From NCBI GenBank assembly GCA_023244865.1, contig JAHFLM010000001.1, positions 1 through 31,463 on the forward strand: 31,463 bases of DNA, read 5' to 3'. This DNA comes from Candidatus Harrisonbacteria bacterium. Its GTDB lineage: Bacteria > Patescibacteriota > Minisyncoccia > UBA6257 > UBA11618. The stretch's first letter is position 1. Each line of letters opens with the position of its first letter. Shown in pieces: positions 1 to 6,618 of this stretch. The position numbers and the translations under genes were made by a program. The notes beneath the pieces are model-generated. The model was not told where the DNA came from. It was given only the letters and a program-made list of their open reading frames with translations, and ran no database searches.

Positions 1-2
1 AT

Positions 3-944
3 GATGACATTAACTATGGGTGGGACAAGGCTTTGGCAGCTTGGCAGGCAGGGGATAGGGACTCAGCCTTTATTAATTTGGGCCACGTGTTGCATCTCAC
101 TCAAGATTTAACCGTGCCAGAACATACACGGAACGATCCGCATCCTTCCGGCAGCCCATATGAGGAATTTACTAACACGGCTCCGCTCACACTTCATTTT
201 AGTGAGCCACCTATTTTAAGTTCCGTAGATGATTATTTTAATACTCTGGCAAATTTTACGAATCATAATTTTTTTACAAATGATACGCTCAATTCAGCAA
301 TTTATTCTGAGCCAAAGATTGATAAAGAAGTTGAAAAAGATGGAATTATATATGGTGTAAGGAATATCGATGGTAAGGAAGCTATTATTTTACGAATAGA
401 TAAGTCTGCTATTGGTGGAGCAAATATCTATACAGTTAAAACCCCCATCGTCCTCGCCTCCTACTACGACATCCTCGGTAACAAAGCTGTCACTTATGGA
501 GCCGGGCTCATCGCTTTCTTTTTTGAATCGGTTGGGCAAAACATGAAAATTCGCCCCGCCCTCCTTGGCCGTCCCCGCACTTTCAGCTCGCAAATTTTGG
601 TTGGTGAACCCCTCGGCACGACGAAGCCTTTGGCGGAGTCGGCTAACAATATTAAACTCCTCGCCAACATCAAGCTCACCCTCAGCACCATCTTAAACCT
701 CAAAACCAACCCCTTAAATCTCTTCGACGGTTATTTTAGCCCCAACAACCCCACCCCCTTCACTTGGCCATCCGGCATGCCGATTGCCTTTGGCGGCGCC
801 GGCAGCTCGGGCGCCCCACCAGGCGACCCCGAATATATGATCTACGTCATCGACCCCGGCAAAGGCGGGGACGCCATTATCCTTTATGGCTATTGGTCGA
901 GCGACCAATTCGTTTCCGCAGATTCCGAAGAAAATAATTCCTAG
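3..944 (+). CDS. Zn-dependent phospholipase C / S1-P1 nuclease-family domain protein, 5'-truncated by the window edge
   Basis: The frame is open from base 3 (DDINYGWDKALAAWQ...). The GHVLHLTQDLTVPEH segment matches the H-x-x-H-x-x-x-D-x-x-x-P-x-H metal-binding motif of the PLC/P1 fold. The C-terminal part is not recognised. Confidence 0.6.
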   Translation, partial: DDINYGWDKALAAWQAGDRDSAFINLGHVLHLTQDLTVPEHTRNDPHPSGSPYEEFTNTAPLTLHFSEPPILSSVDDYFNTLANFTNHNFFTNDTLNSAIYSEPKIDKEVEKDGIIYGVRNIDGKEAIILRIDKSAIGGANIYTVKTPIVLASYYDILGNKAVTYGAGLIAFFFESVGQNMKIRPALLGRPRTFSSQILVGEPLGTTKPLAESANNIKLLANIKLTLSTILNLKTNPLNLFDGYFSPNNPTPFTWPSGMPIAFGGAGSSGAPPGDPEYMIYVIDPGKGGDAIILYGYWSSDQFVSADSEENNS

Positions 945-947
945 CTA

Positions 948-975
948 TTGACAAATTATTTATTTAGAGTATAAT
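948..975 (+). promoter_or_regulatory. sigma70-type promoter
   Basis: TTGACA (948-953), 16 nt, TATAAT (970-975), upstream of the ORF at 1023. Confidence 0.7.
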
Positions 976-1022
976 ATGGGGGTAGATCGAACATTCCAAA
1001 ACACTTACACAGGAGCTCATTC

Positions 1023-1316
1023 ATGTTGTCTTCGGACTCGCTTAACAGACCGTGTCGTTTTCCCAAGGCCCCAGAATTTCAAAGCCACGCCAACGGAGAT
1101 CGTCAGATCGAAACCTCGATTACCTTGGCCATGATCCTCGCCGAATTTCAGAAGGACCTTCCAGACGAGGGTATCTCAGAAGTGAGGTTGGTGGATTGGA
1201 TGGGTGTGCCAGTAAAAACTTCGGAGTTGCGCGACCTCGGTTGCTTCGCATGTGACGTGTACACGTCAAGAGGTTGGGAAGCCGCGAAATTCTGGATCCT
1301 CCCCATTCAGCAATAG
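1023..1316 (+). CDS. hypothetical protein (97 aa)
   Basis: Has its own promoter, an AGGAG RBS and a downstream terminator; no recognised motif. Confidence 0.65.
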   Translation: MLSSDSLNRPCRFPKAPEFQSHANGDRQIETSITLAMILAEFQKDLPDEGISEVRLVDWMGVPVKTSELRDLGCFACDVYTSRGWEAAKFWILPIQQ

Positions 1317-1334
1317 GTGATTCGATGTTCATCA

Positions 1335-1365
1335 AAAGCCCCCGCAACTGCCGGGGCTTTTTAAT
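1335..1365 (+). terminator. intrinsic terminator
   Basis: aaaagcccc...ggggctttt hairpin followed by a T-run. Confidence 0.7.
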
Positions 1366-1425
1366 TTTTCTGTAATCAGAAAAATTATCCTGCGAAGTTT
1401 TAACGAAGTAGGATTACAATTAGGA

Positions 1426-1453
1426 TTGACATTTTTACCTTTTAATTTAAACT
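1426..1453 (+). promoter_or_regulatory. sigma70-type promoter
   Basis: TTGACA (1426-1431), 16 nt, TAAACT (1448-1453). Confidence 0.55.
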
Positions 1454-1503
1454 AATCCTCAGTTCGTTGAGCCCCCACACCTCTTTTTAGGAGGACTACT
1501 CTC

Positions 1504-1974
1504 ATGAGTACTCCGCGCAGAAAACTTGTTTTGGCGATCGTATCTTTGAGTTTGCTGGCATTTTGCGGTTTGAGTAACGCTGAAAAGGCAGAGAAACAAG
1601 AAGTTAAATCCAAAGAATACAAAGTCGAAGTTTATATCGGCCAAGAACATCTGCCAGATTTTCAAGGATGTAAGACTTGGGTTAGTATTGGTGTTGATCC
1701 ATCATGTCCGCATTTTTCGGGCTTCGAGATTGTTGGCTCCAATCCTAACGCCGAAGTAATGCATTCACTTTCGGATGGCTCGGTGTACATCAAGTTCAAT
1801 GAGCCAATAACCAACGCAAAGGTTATGGTTAGATACGAAGCCAATAGCTCCAACGGGATTAAGGTAGTTGTAAAAGACGACAATAATCTCGAGGTTCTTA
1901 TCTCAAGTAATGATCTTAGCTACAAAGTTTGGAGTCATATCATTAACCCTCCGCCAAAAGAAGAAAAGAAGTAA
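1504..1974 (+). CDS. hypothetical secreted protein (156 aa)
   Basis: AGGAGG RBS; basic then hydrophobic N-terminus ending SNA-E (signal peptide); beta-rich mature part. Confidence 0.75.
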   Translation: MSTPRRKLVLAIVSLSLLAFCGLSNAEKAEKQEVKSKEYKVEVYIGQEHLPDFQGCKTWVSIGVDPSCPHFSGFEIVGSNPNAEVMHSLSDGSVYIKFNEPITNAKVMVRYEANSSNGIKVVVKDDNNLEVLISSNDLSYKVWSHIINPPPKEEKK

Positions 1975-1989
1975 TTTTGAATAAATATT

Positions 1990-2013
1990 AAATCCCCACG
2001 AGGGGATTTTTTT
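1990..2013 (+). terminator. intrinsic terminator
   Basis: aaatcccc-acga-ggggattt followed by a T-run. Confidence 0.75.
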
Positions 2014-2100
2014 ATCTATCACCTCGAGTGAAACGAGAAGGTCTAGCGTTAGCGGGTTTTAATATTAATATGAACTAACGTTCTAGATCTCCTCGTCCTA

Positions 2101-2128
2101 ATTCTCAGAATTAGAACTCGAGATGACA
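2101..2128 (-). repeat. TGTCAT-tagged palindromic repeat, family B (other copies 6569-6596 and 13230-13257)
   Basis: ATTCTCRGAATTAGRACTCRAGATGACA occurs at three intergenic sites. Confidence 0.75.
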
Positions 2129-2153
2129 TGCTAATAAATGCTAAAATAAAACA

Positions 2154-2783
2154 GTGATCATTCCTTCGATCAATGCGCAGAATCAGGCAGACGCGGCTTT
2201 TCAAATCAAAGCTTGCTCGACTTTTTTGTCTAAAAAAACCGGGTGGCTGCATTTGGACTTTTCAGACGGGGAATTCGGCTCGATCAAAACCTGGGGTAAC
2301 TTTTCCAAATTAAATTCTATTAATAAACATTATTCCACCGAGGTTCACTTAATGACTAAGAGGCCAGAAAAGTTTTTGATTCCTTGCGCCAAAGCCAAAA
2401 TCAAAAGAGTGATTGTTCACCTCGAGTCCATCTCAAATTTTCAAAAGTTATTTTTAGCCTCTCGAGCCTTGAAGCTCGAGCTCGCTCTTGCCATTAACCC
2501 CGAAACCTCCGCCTCTCAACTTCTTCTCTATCCTCAAGTTTCTTTTTTCACCATCCTCGCCGTCCACCCCGGCAAGAGCGCCCAAAAAATTCAACATAAC
2601 ACCATTTCAAAAATCAAATTTCTCAAGGCACATTTCCCCAAAGCCAAAATTGAAGTCGATGGGGGAGTGACCGCGGAAAATATCAAAGCTCTCAAGCAGG
2701 CCGGCGCCACCCACCTAGTCGCCCACCACGCTATTTTCAAAACCGAGGATTATAAAAATAATTTTTTGAAGTTGAAAAAGTAA
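2154..2783 (+). CDS. rpe: ribulose-phosphate 3-epimerase family protein
   Basis: HLDFSDG, VHLE, AINPET, VHPG and EVDGG motifs; lies near the transketolase genes; GTG start. Confidence 0.85.
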   Translation: MIIPSINAQNQADAAFQIKACSTFLSKKTGWLHLDFSDGEFGSIKTWGNFSKLNSINKHYSTEVHLMTKRPEKFLIPCAKAKIKRVIVHLESISNFQKLFLASRALKLELALAINPETSASQLLLYPQVSFFTILAVHPGKSAQKIQHNTISKIKFLKAHFPKAKIEVDGGVTAENIKALKQAGATHLVAHHAIFKTEDYKNNFLKLKK

Positions 2784-2859
2784 TTTATAAGTATTCCAAA
2801 ATGCCAAGTAGATTACCACGGGAGTTTTGTGATTAATTTTTAAATATTGAATAGATTCT

Positions 2860-3066
2860 ACCCTCCTTCGCATAAAGCTACGGACGGGCACAGCGCCTCA
2901 ATTCCGAATTGATTCTTTGGGGAGATAAATGAGTGGATCCCGGATGAGTACTCCGGGACGACGAGTACGTCGATTGGGAGCGGGCTCTGAATGACCCACC
3001 TTCGCATGAAGCTTCGGCGAGGCACGGCAGTATGAAAAATTAAAAAAAATTAACCTCGCAATGACA
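2860..3066. repeat. cluster of short palindromic intergenic repeats
   Basis: Two ccttcgcat... palindromes (near 2866 and 2999), a reversed partial family A copy (2894-2923), cccggatgagtactccggg (2939-2957, identical at 6519-6537) and cctcgcaatgaca. Confidence 0.65.
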
Positions 3067-3073
3067 GTAAAAT

Positions 3074-3110
3074 AAAAAAACAGCCACCACTTGCGCGTGG
3101 TAGACTGTTT
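3074..3110 (-). terminator. intrinsic terminator for the last array gene
   Basis: aaacag...ctgttt hairpin with a T-run on the minus strand. Confidence 0.6.
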
Positions 3111-3157
3111 GCTTTAAGAGATACTTCCCTTTATATCCTGACTTCAATTTTCAAAGA

Positions 3158-3469
3158 TCACAAACTTTTTCCCGCTTCGATTTGTTGAGAGATAATGTCG
3201 AGCACATCATTGAGTCTCTGGATGATTGATGGCCTATCTCTTTCCAGTGGGCGAATATTCAAGATTAATGCCACCTCAGTCATGTCGCAATTTTCACCTT
3301 GCGTCGCAATCCAGGCATCTGAAACTTTAGCAGCCACCCCAGCATTTAGTGACACATCCGGCACCTTTGTCCCTGCATTGCAAACAATGAGTATCGAACA
3401 GCGGCTACATCCTTCGCAATCTGGTAAACCGTTCACCGTGAGCGTGAAGCCATTCCTGGCAATAATCAT
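3158..3469 (-). CDS. hypothetical protein, paralog array type A (Cys-containing)
   Basis: Aligns without gaps to 4968-5264 (GLPD..GCS.C, TEV, IRPLE, PS.IQRL); G-rich RBS. Confidence 0.8.
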   Translation of the reverse strand: MIIARNGFTLTVNGLPDCEGCSRCSILIVCNAGTKVPDVSLNAGVAAKVSDAWIATQGENCDMTEVALILNIRPLERDRPSIIQRLNDVLDIISQQIEAGKSL

Positions 3470-3475
3470 AAGACC

Positions 3476-3610
3476 CCCATGTTGAATTTGCGCTTGTTCT
3501 GGTATTTAGACGTAACGACCGATAGATCTATTACACTATCGAATCCCATCTTGAATTTCGGGTTGTTCTGGCATTTAAGCCGTAACCACCTAGTGATCCA
3601 TTACACTTTC
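3476..3610. repeat. tandem ~69-nt imperfect direct repeat, 2 copies
   Basis: 3476-3540 and 3545-3610 share cccat.ttgaattt....ttgttctgg.attta...cgtaac.acc....gatc.attacact.tc. Confidence 0.8.
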
Positions 3611-3613
3611 ATA

Positions 3614-3649
3614 AAAAACAACAAAAAACAGCCGCTTTTGCGACTGTTT
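3614..3649 (-). terminator. intrinsic terminator after the five-gene operon
   Basis: aaacag-c-cgc/gcg-a-ctgttt hairpin with a T-rich tail on the minus strand. Confidence 0.6.
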
Positions 3650-3663
3650 GCCTATTTTTACCA

Positions 3664-3984
3664 TTAGTAGTGACCTTCAAGTGTGGTTGGCTTATCTACG
3701 AAGTTGTCTTTCAAGATTTTATCGATCACCCGAGCTAGGCTAGAGAGAATTTTGGTTGCGTCATCGCTTTTGAATCGGATATCTACCTGACCTTCTATGC
3801 CAGAAAGAGGCTCCCCAACCCAATCGACGTCAACTTCTTTCATCAAATCAAGTTCGGTCAAAACTTCTACCAATCTCAGCTTTTGTCTGGCTTTTCCAAA
3901 AGACTGGTAGTCAATTCTCCATTTTTGCCTTTCAGCTTCTAGCTGTTTAGCTTCAACCTGAAAATATTGGTTTCGAAACTTCAT
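3664..3984 (-). CDS. hypothetical protein, paralog array type B
   Basis: Start reassigned to MKFRNQYF (ATG at 3984) behind an AGGAGG RBS; paralogous to its neighbours. Confidence 0.8.
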   Translation of the reverse strand: MKFRNQYFQVEAKQLEAERQKWRIDYQSFGKARQKLRLVEVLTELDLMKEVDVDWVGEPLSGIEGQVDIRFKSDDATKILSSLARVIDKILKDNFVDKPTTLEGHY

Positions 3985-4009
3985 GATCAACCTCCTTCTG
4001 GGGTGTTTG

Positions 4010-4303
4010 TTAACATGCAAAGTTATTGTACAAGAGTTTGTCCATTAGTATGGAAAGCTTCCGAAGTACGCTGTCCATACTTTGATCCAGGAATCGAAAG
4101 CTGAGTTTTGAGCTCATTCCTGTTACGCTTTCTTCGCTCTCTTTAATTTCAACTTTTCTCAATAAACCAATGTCAATCAAAGCTTCTGCTATCGAGACTT
4201 CCTGTCTCGCTTCACCTAAGGAGCTAACTTCAATCGTCCAAATCTGTAATACATGATCAGTCTGCGTTGCTTTAACGCTAAAATGTTCATTTTCAAAAAT
4301 CAT
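4010..4303 (-). CDS. hypothetical protein, paralog array type B
   Basis: Starts MIFENEHF; GGAGAGG RBS; shares W.I...S.G.ARQ with 3664-3984. Confidence 0.8.
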   Translation of the reverse strand: MIFENEHFSVKATQTDHVLQIWTIEVSSLGEARQEVSIAEALIDIGLLRKVEIKESEESVTGMSSKLSFRFLDQSMDSVLRKLSILMDKLLYNNFAC

Positions 4304-4305
4304 GA

Positions 4306-4620
4306 TTAACCCTCTCCTTCCATTCTCTCGGCAACGGTGGTGTTAGCCAAAATCGCGGTAATTAACCTTCCTATGTCAGAAAAAGCAACAATCAGTCCAT
4401 TGTGATTCGAAAATTGAATTTCAATAGAGCACTGTGTTTTGTCAGCATTTTTTTCATATTTGGTAACCTCCGCGCCTGGCATTAAGAATGCTTTTGCTAC
4501 ATCGGTTAATTCGGCGGCCTGCCCTACTTTTCCCTTTGACTCCACTTGAAACAGATAGGTATTTTCACTTGACCCCACCTGCTCAACCAAGAGTTTGAAA
4601 TACTGACTTTCAAATTTCAT
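4306..4620 (-). CDS. hypothetical protein, paralog array type B
   Basis: Starts MKFESQYF; AAGGAG RBS. Confidence 0.8.
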   Translation of the reverse strand: MKFESQYFKLLVEQVGSSENTYLFQVESKGKVGQAAELTDVAKAFLMPGAEVTKYEKNADKTQCSIEIQFSNHNGLIVAFSDIGRLITAILANTTVAERMEGEG

Positions 4621-4649
4621 AATCGATCTCCTTTTTGGTTTGAGATGAT

Positions 4650-4943
4650 TTAATCAACGAGTGTAAAATTCACAATAACTTGATCAACCAGATTTCCAAT
4701 TTGGCCAAGGATTACACCCCTCGCCCAGTTTGGAAAACGAATTTGTAAGCTGCAATAGCTTCGCTCTGGATTTTCATGGTAAAGCAAAACTTCTATGCCA
4801 CCCATTAGATGTCGAAGTAAATTATCCAGGGAACATTTCTGACGTTCTTCTTGTTTCGCATAACAAGTTATCGTCCAGTCTTGTTTGGGTCCATCATGCT
4901 TAGTTGCAATGATCGTAAAGTATTCACTTTCGAATTTTAGCAT
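4650..4943 (-). CDS. hypothetical protein, paralog array type B
   Basis: Starts MLKFESEYF; G-rich RBS. Confidence 0.8.
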   Translation of the reverse strand: MLKFESEYFTIIATKHDGPKQDWTITCYAKQEERQKCSLDNLLRHLMGGIEVLLYHENPERSYCSLQIRFPNWARGVILGQIGNLVDQVIVNFTLVD

Positions 4944-4967
4944 CGCCGTCCCCCTATCTTGCTTGAG

Positions 4968-5264
4968 TTACTCGGTATGACCAGAAACAAATCCAATTAT
5001 CTGACTAAGTCTTTGAATTACTGAAGGCTGATGCTGTTCGAGTGGTCGAATATGCAAGGTGATAGAGACTTCGGTAAAGCGCTCATTTTCTTGCTGGCCA
5101 GCAATACAAGCTCCAGGGACTCTCGTGGCTACCACAACAGATAGCGAGTCACGCTTCATTCTGGTTCCCGGTTCACATGAAACTTTGAGCATGCAGCAGC
5201 TACATCCATCATTATCTGGTAAGCCAATTACTTCAATTTTAAAGCATTTGAACTGCAGAAGCAT
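4968..5264 (-). CDS. hypothetical protein, paralog array type A
   Basis: Start reassigned to MLLQFKCF (ATG at 5264) behind an AAGGAG RBS; paralog of 3158-3469. Confidence 0.8.
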   Translation of the reverse strand: MLLQFKCFKIEVIGLPDNDGCSCCMLKVSCEPGTRMKRDSLSVVVATRVPGACIAGQQENERFTEVSITLHIRPLEQHQPSVIQRLSQIIGFVSGHTE

Positions 5265-5325
5265 TGCGATCTCCTTATTCAGTTGTGTTTTGAGGTGGGG
5301 AATCCAGCTCATTTGTTCTGCCGGC

Positions 5326-5354
5326 ATCATACCAAAAATAGGCTATTTTGTCAA
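5326..5354 (-). promoter_or_regulatory. sigma70-type promoter of the paralog operon
   Basis: On the minus strand: TTGACA, 17 nt, TATGAT. An imperfect palindrome at 5340-5363 overlaps the -35. Confidence 0.7.
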
Positions 5355-5553
5355 ATAAAGCCTAGATACCAAGCGATTTCCTGAATTTATTTCAGGACCT
5401 TCCATGGGTCGGCACTCAATCATTAGCCTTTTCGCCGTTATCAAAAATTGAGCTTTTTATTAACTAAAACAAAAACATCCCAATGAAGATCCTGAGGTAA
5501 ATTCAGGAAGACCCATACCAGCCGAACCCTTTTGCTTCATATTACAGTTAGTG

Positions 5554-5581
5554 TTGACAAAAACGCCCATTATGCTATACT
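5554..5581 (+). promoter_or_regulatory. sigma70-type promoter of the large RNA and tRNA
   Basis: TTGACA (5554-5559), 16 nt, extended -10 TG-c-TATACT (5576-5581); predicted +1 near 5588. Confidence 0.75.
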
Positions 5582-5587
5582 ATCCCC

Positions 5588-6211
5588 AGTTCCTAATACT
5601 AGTTCCGGTGATCTCTAGTTCGCGTATCGCATTTGGCGAACGCGATTAGTTTACTACTGAATATGCAAACTCGATGGCTTCCCAGCCGCATCAAGCTTGC
5701 CGACCCCAGTAGCTAAGCTAAGTGGAGCCGCATGGTAAAAAGCTTTTACAGGTAATAAGGTGATTTCTCCGTCACCGTTCCCTGGCTTGCCATAGGCAAG
5801 CCTAGTTTGTGGGTTAAGCTACCAAGTTGATCCCAAATTAGCTAAAGTCTATCCACGGCCCCGATCTTAAATTTCCTAGCCTTCTCGTGTTCATCGGCTA
5901 GTGAAATATTCATGGCGCGTCGCATGGTACGCCTTGAGAGGTCCACACAGAGATCACCGTTTTTTCAAATACGACTCTAGAGAGTTTGCCTTCCCTCAAA
6001 GTAAGGCGGCATTTGGTAAAAAAGGGGACCGTGACCCGGTTCTGGCGCCCCTATCACCAAGTGGAACAGTGTGCAAAAGTTAGCAAAAGACACTCGCAGA
6101 TTTAAGTGTCCACACTGTGCCGATCGATCCTGACCATCTTATTCAACACGGATGGTTGCGTAGCGAGGTTCTTCTCGCTTAGATGTCGAAGTCCACACCT
6201 CTAGTAGTTGG
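5588..6211 (+). ncRNA. candidate large (~620 nt) highly structured non-coding RNA, family unassigned
   Basis: Lies between a promoter and a tRNA. The ends pair (5593-5602 with 6201-6211), there is an 11-bp long-range helix (5606-5616 with 5949-5959), more than 12 local helices carry plus-strand G-U pairs, and there is no credible ORF. Confidence 0.7.
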
Positions 6212-6215
6212 TTTT

Positions 6216-6289
6216 GCTCTCTTAGCTCAGTTGGATAGAGCAACGGATTTCTAATCCGTAGGTCCCTGGTTCGAATCCTGGAGAGAGTA
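6216..6289 (+). tRNA. tRNA-Arg (anticodon UCU)
   Basis: Acceptor stem GCTCTCT/AGAGAGT, D arm, anticodon arm acgga-tttctaa-tccgt, T loop TTCGAAT; CCA is not encoded. Confidence 0.95.
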
Positions 6290-6292
6290 TTT

Positions 6293-6322
6293 ACCCCCGA
6301 TTTATTTCGGGGGTGTTTTTTT
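6293..6322 (+). terminator. intrinsic terminator
   Basis: acccccga/tcgggggt 8-bp stem followed by a T7 run. Confidence 0.85.
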
Positions 6323-6373
6323 ACCCGCCCCCGGTTTGTCATCCCGGAGTTAATTTTGTTTATTTTTTTATAC

Positions 6374-6441
6374 TGTCATTCAGAGCCCAACTTTGTTTAA
6401 TTTTTGAATAAAAAATTAAACAAAGTTGAGGCGTGGAATCT
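6374..6441 (+). repeat. TGTCAT-tagged palindromic repeat, family A (variant inner hairpin)
   Basis: tgtcattcagagccc...gaggcgtggaatct with an 18-bp perfect inner stem. Confidence 0.8.
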
Positions 6442-6618
6442 ACTTGTAGTGAGCTTGTCGAATCTATTCAATATTTAAAAAATAAATTACTCAGATTTAC
6501 TTAATTCGAGATTGCCACCCCGGATGAGTACTCCGGGGTAAACTTGCTTGAAGGCCTCCTCGCTCTAATTCTCGGAATTAGGACTCGAGATGACAGCCTG
6601 GCGTGTTATAATTTAAAA

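Noticed and set aside
3476-3610. CRISPR or TIGR-type array
   Set aside because: Only two units, no repeat-spacer alternation, no 36-nt periodicity, and no cas or Nop-domain gene in the window.
5588-6211. Large RNA as RNase P RNA, tmRNA, or a group I/II intron
   Set aside because: No GAGGAAAGUCC or AGAACCCGGCUUA on either strand (AGTGGAACAG at 6060 is only a partial resemblance). No tRNA-like tmRNA ends. GAGCCGCATG at 5725 lacks a complementary domain V 3' strand. There is no interrupted host gene and the tRNA is intact. Not formally excluded without cmscan.
6216-6289. tRNA-Arg as a prophage/ICE attachment site
   Set aside because: No duplicated tRNA 3' fragment and no integrase in the window.
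5901-6342. ORFs 5901-6083 (+) and 6139-6342 (-)
   Set aside because: Short, no RBS, and overlapping the structured RNA, tRNA and terminator; treated as spurious.
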